Below are positions 37,703-51,258 of a stretch of DNA of 64,000 nucleotides, piece by piece; the first letter of the stretch is position 1, and each line of letters opens with the position of its first letter. The notes below the pieces were generated by a model. That model was not told where the DNA came from. It worked only from the letters and a program-made list of their open reading frames with translations, and did no database searches. This DNA comes from Mustelus asterias (lineage: Eukaryota), in NCBI RefSeq assembly GCF_964213995.1, contig NW_027590109.1, forward strand, positions 434,001 through 498,000, written 5' to 3'. Both the position numbers and the translations under genes were made by a program.

Positions 37703-38755
37703 CAGAACCAAAATATGTTTTCCCCTTTATACTGCCTGATGTACTTGCTCGCTTACTTTCAGCGCCCAATGCACGAGGACGCCAAGGTTTCACTGAGAAC
37801 CCACTTCTCTGAATTTACACCATTTCAGATAATAATGTTTTTATATTATTCTACTAACCTGGATAACCTCACATTTGTCCACATTATACTGCATCTGTCA
37901 TGCATATGCCCACACATTTAGCCTTCCCAAATCACAGTGAATCATTTCCGCATCCTCCTCACAGCTCAGCCTTCCAAGAATTTGGAATAATCTGCTAATT
38001 TGGAGATAATGCATTCAGTTATCCCTTTTAAATCGTTAATGTATAATGTGAATAGTTGGGGCCCTAGCACATAGGATCCCTGCGCAACCCCCTAGTCTCT
38101 GAATGCCAGTCAGAAAAACACTCATTTATGTTAACTCTTTGCTTCCTGTCTGCTAACCAGCTTCTATCCATCTCAAGATATTACTAGCAGTCCTATATGA
38201 TCCAACTTTACATAATAGTATATTGTGTGAGGGCTTGGCAAAAGCCTTCTGAAAGTCTAAATAAACTTCACCCACTGGTTCTCCTCGGTCAACTCTATTA
38301 GTTACATCCTCAGAAATTCCAATAGTGAAGAAGATTTGCAAAGTAGTAATCGTGCCTGACGACTCTGTTGGAATTCTTTGCAGATGTAACTAGTTGAGTC
38401 GACCAAGGCATGATGAAATGCACTCTTCATGTTTTGTTCCTCAAACCCCCTTTATGGCACTAACCCTCAATGAGATCTCCTCTCGTTCTCCCAATCTCTA
38501 GAGAGTATAGGCCTGAAATGTCCAAGACTTTTTCATAAGAGGGACTTCTCATTTCTGGAACAAATCTACTGAAACTATTCTGCACCCCCTAAAATGCACG
38601 TACTTACCTCCTCGATTAAGGGGGCCAAAACAGCGCACACTATTCTCAGTACTGCCTCATTATTTTTTAATAAAGTCGCAGCAACACTTTCCTACGTTTT
38701 TATCCTCCTCCTGAGAAACAGACGTCAAGATTTCAATTGACTTCCTTATTCCCTT
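37703..38755 (-). repeat. Inverted duplicate of ~36326-37380
   Basis: Collinear reverse-complement match that includes the fragment junction (aaatcttcttcactattggaattt) and private variants (cctatgtgctagg). Confidence 0.9.
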
Positions 38756-38759
38756 TCTC

Positions 38760-39430
38760 TGGATGGCGAAAGGACATTCTGAAAGGGGAACAATGACGTA
38801 GGGGGAAAGCGGTATGAGTTCCTGCGGTAAGGATTAACGGAGCTCTCTTGCATATTGAACAGCAGGAGCACAAAGGCAGTAATCTCTGGATTATTCCAGA
38901 ATCACGTGTTTGTGAGTATCGGAATAGTAGGATGGAGCAGATTACTGTGTGGTTTAAGAAATGCTGCAGGGGGAGATATTTATATTCCTGCGCCATTGGG
39001 GAATTTTCTACAGAATTCTCGACCTGTATGAGTCACATGTGTTCCAAGTGATCGGGAGTGAGACTAGGAAAATTGCCAGGAGGTTTCCTTGTGTTGTGTG
39101 TGGCGGGCTGGGGTTTATTTTGGCATCGGGATGAGTCACAGTGTGGAGTTACATGGGGCGCGAATCGGGGAGCGGTGGTCGGGGGCAGGGGGGGGGGGGT
39201 CTTTCACAACAAATCTGTAAAAACACCAGCCAATCTGTCAGTGAGTGCTAAGAGAGACACAAAGGAATATGGACATGTTTTCTTCATCTTGTATAATTCA
39301 AGTTTTATTGGTAAGTATAGAATTGGGGGTTTGATTATTAACACGTGCCGTTATGATATAATTGCCAACACACTGACATGTTTGAGGACGGGGCAGGACA
39401 GATAGCTCAATTGGCCGGGGTGAAGAATCT
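38760..39430 (+). mobile_element. CR1 ORF1 (esterase) end and ORF2 start, degraded
   Basis: ISGL.PESRVCEYRNSRMEQITVWFKKCCRG (38848-39051), then YDIIA..TW-like APE start. Confidence 0.7.
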
Positions 39431-39794
39431 ACATGGGTTCTTCATGTGTGTTTGGCCTGGATTTTGGGGGTGGCATGATGTGGTGCAAAATCGGAGATGG
39501 CTTTGCTGCATTCATCAAGGGCTCAATTATTGCAGTGAGGAAGGATAATATTCAAAAGTATCCTCAATTGTAGTCACATAGGCTTCAAGGTCAAAAATGA
39601 GTTATTTGCATTTCTCAGGCGGGCGAGGTGGGGCGATGGCGTGGAAGAATCTGGGCGGGTTGGTGGTTCTCTCAGACCCCAAGCACTCAGCGATTGATAG
39701 AAGAGCATTTTTTTTAGATATTATTATTTAATTTCCATGTGAATCTCCAATATTATTTCAGGGAGCCAAGGTCGGGGTACGGTTGGGGTCTGAG

Positions 39795-39803
39795 TGTGTG
39801 TGC

Positions 39804-39845
<42 letters not shown>
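39795..39845. repeat. (GT)n microsatellite
   Basis: Read directly. Confidence 0.98.
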
Positions 39846-39846
<1 letters not shown>

Positions 39847-40644
39847 GTAGATGGACGTGGCTCTGAATTGTTGAAGTACAACCAGGAGAACTTCTTGAGA
39901 CAATGCATCGAAAGTGCCTCAAGATACGGCATTGGAATTATATCACCAAATGAAGCTGGCAGGTGATACATGTGCCAGATCGTGGATGTGAAACAGAACG
40001 TTGAAAAAAAATTACAATACTCCGAACCCAAAATAACGACTGGGTGATCCATATCGGCCTCCCCTGAAAGTCTGTAGCATTAGAGCTGAAGATCTACAGC
40101 CGAGATTCATTCTATGTGTTATAATGATATAGTGGAAGCTGGTGGAGACAGCCTGCAGGAAACAATAATGAAGAGGTAGATTGTCCCAACAGAGAGACAG
40201 TAAGATCTCTTTTCATATTCAGGGACAGCCCGTTCCTCATAGGTTATAAAAAATTCCGCACGAAGTTTGTTCTTTTCTTCACATTTGTACAGCCTTGTCC
40301 AACGTTTCAAACCAGTGTGCCACCTTTGGAAATGTTACTGAGTGGATTTTAAACATGTTTGGACGAAGGGCAATTTTAACCGGAATTCCAGGGCTAATAT
40401 GTCCTGGAGTGGATCTTGAACACGAAATGTTCAAGCTCTAATGCAGCAACGCTCCATACATAACCATGAACTCCGTTAGACGGAATGGCGACTGGTGACA
40501 GGGCAGTACTGCTTCTGAAGGAAATAGTTAACAAAATAAAAACGGAATAAATGATATTTATTTAATCCTCTGTTCAGGTGGATAAGGCAGGGTGTGACAG
40601 GCGGCGAAATATCGCAGGACAAGAGAATTGTGATGCTTAGGCTC

Positions 40645-41410
40645 ATAGAAACTAGGGGCAGGAGTACAGAAATCGGCCCTTCGAATGGCTGTGCCATTGA
40701 ATATCATCATGGCGGATCGTCTATCTCGATGCGATAATCCAGCATTCTCCCCATACCCTTTCATGTCATCAAACTCTTTAAAAATATATAGGTTTGAATG
40801 CATTCGGTGACCTGGCCCCGACATTCTGTTGAGATAGTAAATTTCATAGATTCGTGACAATTTGAGTGACGAAATATATTCTCATCAAATTTTAAATGAT
40901 CAATCAGATATCCGGAATATGTGTACACTCGTTTTAAATTCGACAGACAGAGAAAGCATCTGGCCTGCATCTCGTCTGGCTAACCATGTTAATGTTCTTT
41001 ACTATACTTTTCGATCAGGCCCCCTGACGCCAGTCTAAACTTTAGTGAATGCCTGTCCATTCGAAGAAATCTCTCTTGATAGAACAGTCTCAACAAACAC
41101 AAGTATCTGTCTTGTGAACTTCTGCTGCAGTCGACCTGTGGGAAATGGTTCATTTCTTAGGTAGAGTGACCAAATGTGGACGCAACACTCCAGCTGTGCT
41201 GTCGTCAATGATAACTGCAGTAAATCATCCGTAATTCTGAACTCAAATACTCTTGCAATGAAGGCCAACTAACCATTTACCCCATAATACCTTGTGTTGC
41301 ACATGCCTCTCGACGTTTATTGAATCAGTCACATGGATAACCATATTCCTTTGCACAGCCACAAACCACTCGACATCACCATTTAAATAATGCTCTTCAT
41401 TTCTGTTTTT
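40645..41410 (-). mobile_element. Degraded CR1 3' fragment
   Basis: ORF 41035-41268 AFIARVFEFR..QLECCVHIWS..QQKFTR; reverse tail at ~40645. Confidence 0.8.
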
Positions 41411-42079
41411 AAAACGGAAGTATAGGGGAAAGGATGGAGGGGCTGAGAGCTTCAATGTAAGGAGACTGGCACAAGCAGCAATTGCGATGGGCTCGGGGGG
41501 CGGGGTGGTTGCTGGGAGACTCTTTGCACATGGTATATATAAAATATGGAATGAGCTGTCTGAGGGACTGACAGCTGCTCTAGAAATATTACAATTTTCT
41601 TTACTCATTCGAAACAAAGGAACGGCAGCTCCTATTCCAATTTGTCTGATGAGCTATAGAGTCAAAACTTTATTTTCTGGATTGACTCAGCTTTCCATGT
41701 TCGTGAAAATGAGAATGTGCTATTTACGATCACAACAGTCTCTCATCTTGGGAGCAAAGATACAGTTTCGATAACAACTCTTTGTGACTTGATATTAACA
41801 ACGCCTTTATGGGTCTTAGAATACATAGGCTAATCTCAGTGTTTGCTTGGAAGCAAATGAACCTATTCCCAAGCATAACTACATTCCTCCCTAATCACAG
41901 GGAAAGAACATCAGTTGTTTTTACAATTATTGGCATTGAAACCCGCGTGAATTATACCAGAGTGAATTGTTCAAGAGTCTGGTATAATTGGCACGCCCCA
42001 ATTCCATTCACATGACATCTGAATTGCACTCCCAATCAATGACACTCGTTCAAACCAAGGGAGAGAGAATCCGGGGGAC

Positions 42080-42108
42080 CGACAGACAGACAGACAGACA
42101 GACAGACA
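42080..42108. repeat. (GACA)n microsatellite
   Basis: Read directly. Confidence 0.95.
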
Positions 42109-42239
42109 GGGGCAAAGGCAATAAGACAGATGGATAAAATAAGGAAAGGGAAAATGAACGAAATGTCTATGATAGAGAGAATTACATCAAACGAGGATTT
42201 ACATATCCTACAATCATTGCAAAATGATTCAGTGAAGTC

Positions 42240-44540
42240 AAAGGGTTGTTCGTGTAGAGATGTGGGTGCCGAGCGGGGAATACGGTGCAACAGCAATGGC
42301 AGGAGCTTTTGGCGGTTATTCGGGAGGCACAACAGAAACCCATCCCAAGGAGGAGGGAACATGCTAAGGGAAGGGCGAGGCATCCATTGCTGACGAGCTA
42401 AGACAAGGACAGCATGGAAGGAAAAGAAAAAGCATACAAAGTGGCGAGGATTCGTGGAAAGCCAAAGGATCGGGAAGTCTTTAAAGGCGAGCAGAGGACA
42501 ACTAAAAAGGCAATAAGGGGCGAAGATGAAATATGAGTGTATGCTCGCTAGTAATATGAAAGAAGAAAGGAATAGTTCTTTTTCAATATCCAAAAGTTAA
42601 GAGAGAGGCAAAAATGTACAGTGGACCACTAGAAAATGAGGCTGGAGAAGAAATAATAGGAAACAAGGAAATGGCAGAGCAACTGAATAGTTACTTTGCA
42701 AAAGTCTTCGCGGTGGAAGACACCAGTGTGATGCTAGAGCTCCAGGAGAATCAGGGGCCACAGGTGAGTGTCGTGGCCATCACTAAAGTGAACGTCCTGC
42801 GNNNNNNNNNNNNNNNNNNNNNNNNNNNNNNNNNNNNNNNNNNNNNNNNNNNNNNNNNNNNNNNNNNNNNNNNNNNNNNNNNNNNNNNNNNNNNNNNNNN
42901 NNNNNNNNNNNNNNNNNNNNNNNNNNNNNNNNNNNNNNNNNNNNNNNNNNNNNNNNNNNNNNNNNNNNNNNNACACCCCAGTTTTCTAAAAGTGTCAGCT
43001 GAGGAAATTGTGGAGGCATTGGTGGTGACCTTTCAGGAATCACTGTACTCAGGGTGGATCCCAGAGGACTGGACAGTAGCTAATTTAACTGTTGAACTAG
43101 GGAGGGAGGGAGCAGATGGGAAATTATGGATTGGTCAGCCTGACTTCGGTCATTGGCAAGATTTTAGATTTCATGATTAAAGATGAGATCGAAGAGTACA
43201 TGGAAGTGCATGACAAAATAGTACAGTGTCAGAACGGGTTCGTCAAGGGGAGGTCATGTCTGAGAAATTTGTTAGAGTTCCTTGAGCAGGTAACAAGAGA
43301 GTTAGATAAAGGAGAACCAGTTTACAAGATTTATTTAGATTTACAGAAGTCCTCTGATAAGGTGCCAATGGGAGACAGTTAAATAGGTTAAGAGCCCAGG
43401 GTGTTAAGGGTAAGATCCTGGCATCAACAGAGGATTCGCTGGCTTGCAAAAGGCAGAGAGCGGGGACAAAAGGGTCGTTTTCAGGATGGCAAACGGCGAA
43501 TAACCGGCCTCAGGCGTCGGTACTGGGACCACAGATTTTCACAATGAGCATTAAAAATTTGGAAGAAAGAACTGAAGGCACTGATGCTAAGTTTGCAGAT
43601 GATACAAAGATATGTAGAGGGACAGATAGTATTGTGGAAGCGGCGGGGGTGGGGGCTGGGGGGGGGTGGGGGTGGGGGGCGGTGGGGAAAGCTGTAGAAG
43701 GACTTGGACAGGCTAGGAGAATCGGCAAAGAACTGGCAGATGGAATACAATGTGGAAAAGTTATGCACATTTGAACAAGGAATGGAGGGATAGACTATTT
43801 TCTAAATGGGGACGTGCTTAGGAAATCAGAAACACGAAGGGACTTGGGAATACTTGTTCAAGATCCTCTTAAGGTTAATGTGCAGGTTCAGTTGGCAGTC
43901 AGGGAGGCAAGTACATTGTTAGCATTCATGTTGAGAGGGCGAGAATAAAAGAGCAGGGATGTGATTCTGAGGCTATGGAAGGCTCTGGTCGGACGCTATT
44001 TGAAGTATTTTCAACAGTTTTGAGCTCCGTATCTAAGGACGGATGTGCTGGCCTTAGAATGGGTCCAGAGGAGGTTCAGTAGAATGATCCCTGGAAGGAG
44101 GAGCTTGTCGTATGAGGAACGGTTGAGGACTCTGGTTCTGTACTCAATGGAGTTTAGAAAGATGAGGGGACCTTGCTGAAACTTATAGAATACTGCGAGG
44201 CCTGGAAAGAGTTGATGTGGAGAGGATGTTTCCACTAATAGGAAACAATTCGAACCAGAGGACAAAATGTCAGACGAAAGCGACGATCCTTTAAAAGAGA
44301 GATGAGGAGGAATTTCTTCAGCCAGACAGTGGCGAATGTGGAACTCTTTGCCGCAGAAGGCTGTGGAGGCCAATTCATTCAGTGTCTTTAAGGCAGAGAT
44401 AAATAGGTTCTTGATTAATAAAGGGGTCAGGGGTTATGGGGAAAAGGCAGGAGAACGGGGATGAGAAAAATATCAGCCATGATTGAACGGCGGAGCAGAC
44501 CTGATGGGCTGAATCGCCTAATTCTGCTCCAATGTCTTAG
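42240..44540 (+). mobile_element. CR1 LINE ORF2 and 3' end, degraded, spanning an assembly gap
   Basis: GPLENEAGE..MAEQLNSYF, NYGLVSLTSVIGK, KFADDTKIC; 3' end gatgggctgaatcgcctaattctgctcc. Confidence 0.93.
42802..42972. other. Assembly gap (171 N)
   Basis: Run of N. Confidence 1.
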
Positions 44541-45020
44541 GTAGGAAATTATACAGTCAGTCGGCGCACAGCAGGCTGCCACCAACATCAATGCGATTCA
44601 GCTTTGGAAATCTGTGTTGGTTATTTTGGAGAATGGATACACATGCCCCATGACGTTAGGGTAAGCTCCACAACTCTTCTCCCAATAATGGCCTTTGGAG
44701 CTTTTGGAAGGCGGGAGATTGGGGAACCAGTGGGCACAGATCGTTTTCATTTTCAAAAGCACTAAATTGAAGATAAGAATATTTTTTAACGAAAATATTT
44801 GCTTTTACTTCTGGGACTCCACTGCTGCAATGCCAATGAAAATAAAAATCACCAGCATCTTTCAAATGAAGAATATGATTATATACAGAGTGCAGATGTT
44901 GCCTGGCCAGGGACAACGGTCAAAGGGAATAGATGATAATTTGACAGCATTTTTAAAGAGTCACAATGGGCCCAATTACCTCTGATCTCTCATGCAGTAT
45001 TTATTTTTGAAATATAACTT

Positions 45021-45638
45021 GTCGTTGTCGTAGCGTCTGCGTTCATTCATCCGTTGTCGTAGCAGACACTACGACAACGGATAAATGTACACCGCTCGAC
45101 AATCACCAGGCAAGACTGTTTTCTTCCTGTGGGGGAGCACTTCAGCAGTGACGGGCATTCAGCCTCGGATCTTCAGGTAAGCGTTCTCCAAGGCGGCCTT
45201 CACGACACACGACAGTGCAGAGTCGCTGAGCAGAAACTGATAGCCAAGTTCCGCACACATAAGGACGGCCTAAACCGGGATGTTGGATTCATGTCACATT
45301 ATCAGTAACCCCCACAGCTTGCCTCCTGGACTTGCAGGCTGTCCTATCTGGAGACAATACACATCTCTTTAACATGTGCTTAATGCTCCCTCCACCCACA
45401 TTGTCTGTATCTTTAAGACCTGGCTGGCTGTAGGGATTGGCATTCTAATCAGTATTCTGTAACTTGATTTTGTGTCTATGTGCACTGTTTGAGAGCACAT
45501 TTCCACTCCATCTGACGAAGGAGCAGCGCTCCGAAAGCTTATGGTATTTGCTACCAAATAAACCTGTTGGACCTTAACCTGGTGTTGTTAAAACTCTTCC
45601 TGTGTTCACCACAGTCCAACGCCGGCATCTCCACATCA
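45021..45638 (+). mobile_element. Penelope-like element 3' end/pLTR with short inverted 5' pieces
   Basis: Encodes a GIY-YIG C-terminus TLRQR..H..TITRQDC.LPVGEHF..EQKLIAKF; 3' end ccaacgccggcatctccacatca. Confidence 0.95.
45508..45544 (+). ncRNA. Minimal type I hammerhead ribozyme motif (Penelope pLTR)
   Basis: ccat-CTGACGA-a-ggagc agc gctcc-GAAA-gctt-atgg: catalytic core, stem II, stem I and palindromic AAGCTT in place of stem III. Confidence 0.8.
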
Positions 45639-46689
45639 GACATCATTACTCAGACGTGTCCCACCGACTAATAAGTAACACAGTTGATTCCAGTTAATTT
45701 TCGACTCAGTTACTGAAATGCCCTCACAACATGTCCAAGGTGAAGGCAAGCGGCGCCCTGTATGTATCATTATTAACTGCACAACACTCCCTATGTTCAT
45801 AAAGAGAGCTCCGGTATTCCAGCTATCTCATTCTGATCCTGAGCTGATCATTGGAGAATAATGAAGGCACTGCTTCTTGTAATAGCCTTCCTGGTGCTCA
45901 TACTGCCCATCGCTACCGATGGAGGAGAGAGTGCATCACTTCGAAACGAAGGTTAGCATATCACTCAGTGCATAGTGTCTTTTCACATTCAGCTCGGCAC
46001 GAGATGGACATGCAGCTGAGCAGCCCCGAGCTGACATTCAATTGGTTCACAGCTGATAAGAATATGTGCGCTATCAGCTGACTCCTGTTATCAAGGAAGT
46101 CTGTCTTTTATTTCCCAGGGCGCGTTTTGACATGTTCAGAAGCTGGAGCGAGATGCAGATTAAATGGCTGCAAAAGAAACGAGGTTCGATTGGAGGAAAC
46201 ATGCTTAAAAATATTGAAGTGCTGCAAGGTTAAAGAGTGACCAAAAGGAACAAGTCCCGCACCGAGAGCCATCTGAGCCTCCGACTGACGCTAACTGTGA
46301 TGTCTGTAATTCAGACTCTGTTACCTAATATAATTCCCATGACCCACTGCTTTCTGAATCACGTGACTAGAACTAGTTTCATTGATCAAGGTCTCTTTTC
46401 CACGTCTCACTTCATACTCGAATCGAAGTTTCAGCATATTGCCCGGAAGAGAAGGAAAGTCTGAAAGTACCAAAGTCAATAAGCCAACTTGTACCCCCAA
46501 AGTAATCATCATATTTGTTACATAACTGAAAGTCAATGCCATTGCACAGTTACGCACATTGTCTGAGTGCGGGTCTCTCTCTCTCTCTCTCTTCCACTCC
46601 CTCGCTCCCTCCCGTCCCATCACCACTCCCCTCGGTCTCTCTCTATGTCTCCCTATCATCCTCTCCCTATCTCTATTTTATATGAAAGG

Positions 46690-47270
46690 AGTCTCATAAC
46701 ACCAGGTTCGAGTCCAAAAGGTGTATTTGGAATCACGAGCTTTCAGAGAGACAGAGAGCTCCTTCATCAGGTGAATGGAGATAAATTCATAAACACCGTA
46801 TATATCGGCAAATACACTATTTCAAGATAATCACAACTAGATTGTGAAGAGTGATTATAATCTGAGTCTTTACGGGCAATAAAATATTTACAGGTACAAA
46901 GAGTATGCGTGGAGAGAGGGAAAAACACAGGTTAAAGAGATGTGAATTGCCTCAAGCCAAGAGGGTTTGTAGGATTTTGCAAACCCAAGCAGTATGGTTG
47001 AGGTTACAAGGAGTTTAACAGGAATCCAAGATCCTGGTTGAGACCGTCCTCATGCGTGCGAAATTTGGCTATCAGTTTCTGCTAGGCGATTCTGCGTTGT
47101 CATGTGCCTTGAAGGCCATCTTGGAGAACGCTTACCAGAAGATCGGAGGCTGAATGCCCTTGACTACTGAAGTGCTGGAAGAGGACCCTGGAAGGGGACA
47201 CTCCTGTCATGTGCTTGCTTTGCAGCGTATGTTCGTTTGTTTAATGGTCTCGCCGATGTACTACCATCGG
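46690..47270 (-). mobile_element. Older Penelope-like element 3' fragment
   Basis: ttggctatcagtttctgct, cttggagaacgcttacc and gaggctgaatgccc match the other PLE copies; degenerate hammerhead (reverse cacctgatgaaggagc..gaaagctc) at ~46737-46773. Confidence 0.85.
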
Positions 47271-48145
47271 GACCTGCCCTCCATTCCCTGTCTTAGTCAC
47301 CCACAGTTTCTGTCTCCGACTTCAAGTTGCTCCCCATTTCCCTCCCATTTATTTTCTCTTCATGTGTGTCTCTCTGTCTCTCTATCTCATCTGAATATTG
47401 TTATTCCGCTATGCTCCCTAACAAAATAACTATTTTCCGCAACTCTCCCTTACAAAAACTCCCGTCTCTTCCTCCCTCTCTCCTCTGTCATACTTCCTTT
47501 CCAATCGTTATGCACCCAACACTCTTCCGAACGCTCGCACCCTCACCCGAATAAAGGCTCGTAATCACTCTTTTCCTTGTCCCTCGCATACCCTCCAGTA
47601 TCCCAATAATCCCTTTCATTCTGTCGAACACTCCCTCGCCTATCTGTAAGACTGCGTTTCCTCTGTCTTACGTTCCCTTTTCCCCGATCACTTTATTTCT
47701 ATCACTCCACCTCCTGCTTCTAACAGTCACTGGGATTTTTCTAACGCTCCATCCCATCGCTTCAAACAATTGGTCACCTCTCTCAAACCCACCCTCAATT
47801 CTGCCTAATGCCCTCTTACTAACACATCCTCCCTTCTTCCTGACACTCTCTACGCTGTCTGTAATATTGCCCCCTACCTCAGTAAAACTGACTCACATCT
47901 CATTAATGCACCTTCCCCTCTCGCTAACAGACCGACGCTTATCATTGTCTGTGCCACAATTGCCGTCATCCATTACTTTTGAATGGTACTATTTAACTGC
48001 AAGCATTTTCATTTTCTACATCGGCTCAACACCCCATGGAATCTCAAAATAAGATCAAATGTGACACAGATAAAACTCCTTCTGCTTCAGAGTAAGCACA
48101 TTCCTTACGTGCTGAAAAAGCTGCAATCTTCCAACTAGCACCGAC

Positions 48146-48987
48146 ATAATGTTGGGACATAGATAGGATGGAAGACTGGGCGGAGAAGTGGTAGATGGAC
48201 TTCAACCCAGATGAATGCGTAGTGGTCCATTTTGGCAGGTCAAATGGGATGAAGGAGTACAATATAAAGGGAAAGACTCTTGGTACTGTAGAGGATCAGA
48301 AGGACCTTGGGGTCCGAGTCCATAGGTCTCTAAAATCGGCCCTGCAGGTGGAGGAGGTGGTTAAGAAGGCGTATGGTGTGCTGGCCTTTATCAATCGATG
48401 GATTGAGTTTAGGAGTCATGCGATAATGATGCAGCTATATAAGACCCTCGTCAGACCCCACTTGAAGTACTGTGCTCAGTTCTGGTCGCCTCATTACAGG
48501 AAGGATGTGGAAAAGATTGAAAGGGTGCAGAGGCGATTTACAAGGATGTTGCCTGGATTGAGTGGCATGCCTATGAGGATAGGCTGAGGGAGCTCGGTCT
48601 TTTCTCCTTGGAGAAACGTTGGTGAGAGGAGACCTAATAGAGGTATATAAGATGTTGAGAGGCATAATTCGGGTGGACTGTCAGAGGCTTTTTCCCAGGG
48701 TGTAAATGGCTGCTACGAGAGGACACAGGTTTTAGGTGCTGGGGTGTAGGTACAGGGGAAATGTTCGGGGGAAGTTTTTCACACAGAGGGTTGTGGGCGA
48801 GTGGAATCGGCTGCCGTCAGTGGTGGTGGTGGGAAACTCAAAAGGGTCTTTTAAGAGACACCTGGATGAGTACATGGGACTTAATAGGATGTAGGGGTAT
48901 AGGTAGGCCTAAAAGGTAGAGATATGTTCGGCCCAACAAGTTGTGCCGAAGGACCTGTTTTGTGCTGTAGTTTTCTATGTTTCTATG
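48146..48987 (+). mobile_element. 5'-truncated CR1 LINE with 10-bp target-site duplication
   Basis: ORF 48195-48587 (FNPDEC..RPHLKYCAQFWSP); tail (tttctatg)2; tagcaccgac at 48136-48145 and 48988-48997. Confidence 0.96.
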
Positions 48988-50475
48988 TAGCACCGACTTG
49001 CTGATGAATTCAAGTGCAGCAATGCTTTTTTAGAATACTTTTCAGTAACTCGGGCACCGATTGCACTTCGTATGGGAGAACGTCAATGCCCAACTGTAAC
49101 ACTGGCTCGGAAACAACATTGATGACTGGCATGGCTCAGCTCTGAGAGAGAAAAAACAATATTAGACAGATTGGCCCAAGCGGCAGGCTGTGAGTAAATC
49201 CAAACGAGGAGGAAACCTTCCATTTATTGCATTTTCCTTTCAAATCTCGCTTTTGCATCAATAAAATGTCCATGACATTACTGCAAGTTGTGATTGGTTC
49301 GAAGTATGTTCGGAGCCAAAGTGTTGGCTGCACACTGAGGCACACTGAGGATATATTCTACCATATTGTGTGGTATTGCCATTGTGTCCAACAGAACAAA
49401 GGAGGCATCCAATTGAGACCGTGGGACACATGAAGGAGAAACATTCTTGCTTCCAAATGCAAACTGTAGTTTAGTGCTCAGGCGTATGGCAAGCGCTCCA
49501 AATCCGCTGCAGGTATATATGCTCCAAATCTGGAATACAGGAAGATAGGTCACCAACAATTTCTCGGGAACAGTTAGCAATGTTCAAAATGTCGGGCCTC
49601 AGAAGAGAGATGCACATTTCAGACAGGTATAAGGGTACGCTGTGGAAGTGAGCTGAATGTCTGCTGCTTGCACTGGGATTGAAAAACACGATTAAGATCT
49701 GTAAGTTGTGAAGGCTGCATGTGCAATATACGTGCACACACTGCCGAGTAGAACAATCAACTGCTAACGTGAGGGCACAGTGGGAACATTGTGGTAACTT
49801 GAGTATGTCAGAGTCACAAAGGATATTTAATGAAAGCGATTCTGACATTATGAAATTAGGAACGTCTGTAGATTTTTGTAGAGGTAAATATATTGGTTTC
49901 GAAACTTAAATCGCCTGAATGATACATCTCACGTACAACTTGTAACTTTATCGTGTTGCAAGCTGTCTGCAGGTGGCCACTTCTTATCAGTTCAATCAAA
50001 CCTTTCGCAGAGAGAGTCAAATGTATATGATAATGACACAAAAATAATTTTAGGGAAGGGTCATTTATTTTTCTCTCACACAGTTTGCCACATTTTTTGT
50101 TTTATATTCTGAACATTGTTTGATCGAGCCTAACGAGTGAAAGGTAATTAACATTTTAGCATGATAGGAAGCACATGAAGATGGCGGACGAGCCCCTGAA
50201 TTAACGATTAGATTTGACTGGTGGTGATCTGGCTACAAAAAGCTGGAGGTAAAACATGGTTCCCTGAAGATGAGAAATAGGGCATGTTAGAAAGCAACTG
50301 CAGGGATAGATTCTTGACTGAAAGTTAGGAACACGGAAGTATAGCATATAGACAAATAAGTTGTTGTGATTTTGGAGGGCGAAGTTTTTAACCAGCTACT
50401 CAGGTTTAAGCAGAATACAGTAAGAAGTTTAACAACACCAGGTTAAAGTCCAACAGGTTTATTTGGTAGCAAAAG

Positions 50476-50520
50476 CCACACAAGCTTTCGGAGCTTTTAG
50501 CCCCTTCTTCAGGTGAGTGG
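50476..50520 (-). ncRNA. Minimal hammerhead ribozyme motif, minus arm
   Basis: Reverse complement: ccactcac-CTGAAGA-a-ggggct aaa agctcc-GAAA-gctt-gtgtgg. Confidence 0.8.
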
Positions 50521-50724
50521 GAATTCTGTTCACAAACAGAGCTTATAAAGACACAGACTCAATTTACATGAATAATGGTTGGAATACAAATACTTACAAC
50601 TAATCAAGTCTTTAAGAGACGAAACAATGTGAGTGGAGAGAGCATCAAGACAGGCTAAAAAGATGTGTATTGTCTCCGGACAAGACAGCCAGTGAAACTC
50701 TGCAGGTCCACGCAACTGTGGGAG

Positions 50725-51258
50725 TTACAAATAGTGTGACATGAACCCAATATCCCGTTTGAGGCCATCCTCGTGTGTGGGGAACTTGGCTATCAGTTTC
50801 TGCTCAGTGACTCTGTGCTGTCGTGTGTCGCGAAGGCCGCCTTGGAGAACGCTTACCCGAATATCAGAGGCCGAATGCCCGTGACCGCTGAAGTGCTCCC
50901 CAACAGGAAGGGAACAGTCTTGCCTGGTGATTGTCGAGCGGTGTTCATTCATCCGTTGTCGCAGCGTCTGCATAGTTTCCCCAATGTACCATGCCTCGGG
51001 GCATCCTTTCTTGCAGCGTATCAGGTAGACAACGTTTGCCGAATTGCAAGAGTATGTACCGTGTACCTGGTGGATGGTGTTCTCACGTGAGATGATGGCA
51101 TCTGTGTCGATGATCCGGCACGTCTTGCAGAGGTTGCAGTGGCAGGGTTGTGTGGTGTCATGGTCACTGTTCTCCTGAAGGCTGGGTAGTTTGCTGCGGA
51201 CAATGGTCTGTTTGAGGTTGTGCGGTTGTTTGAAGGCAAGAAGTGGGGGTGTGGGGAC
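50725..51258 (-). CDS. Penelope ORF C-terminus: Cys-rich linker and GIY-YIG endonuclease (5'-truncated, no RT)
   Basis: PLLAFKQPHNLK..PCHCNLCKTC..NVVYLIRC..WYIGET..LRQRMNEH..EQKLIAKF, open to the stop codon. Confidence 0.92.
   Translation of the reverse strand, partial: VPTPPLLAFKQPHNLKQTIVRSKLPSLQENSDHDTTQPCHCNLCKTCRIIDTDAIISRENTIHQVHGTYSCNSANVVYLIRCKKGCPEAWYIGETMQTLRQRMNEHRSTITRQDCSLPVGEHFSGHGHSASDIRVSVLQGGLRDTRQHRVTEQKLIAKFPTHEDGLKRDIGFMSHYL

Noticed and set aside
39850-40260. Unique-looking sequence with short ORFs as host exons
   Set aside because: No recognisable protein motif and no convincing paired splice sites.
42614-43180. 188-aa ORF across the N run
   Set aside because: Artefact of the assembly gap within a CR1 copy.
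50184-50197. cggacgagcccc as a tRNA-Pro primer-binding site
   Set aside because: Only a 12-nt match with no recognisable LTR or gag beside it.
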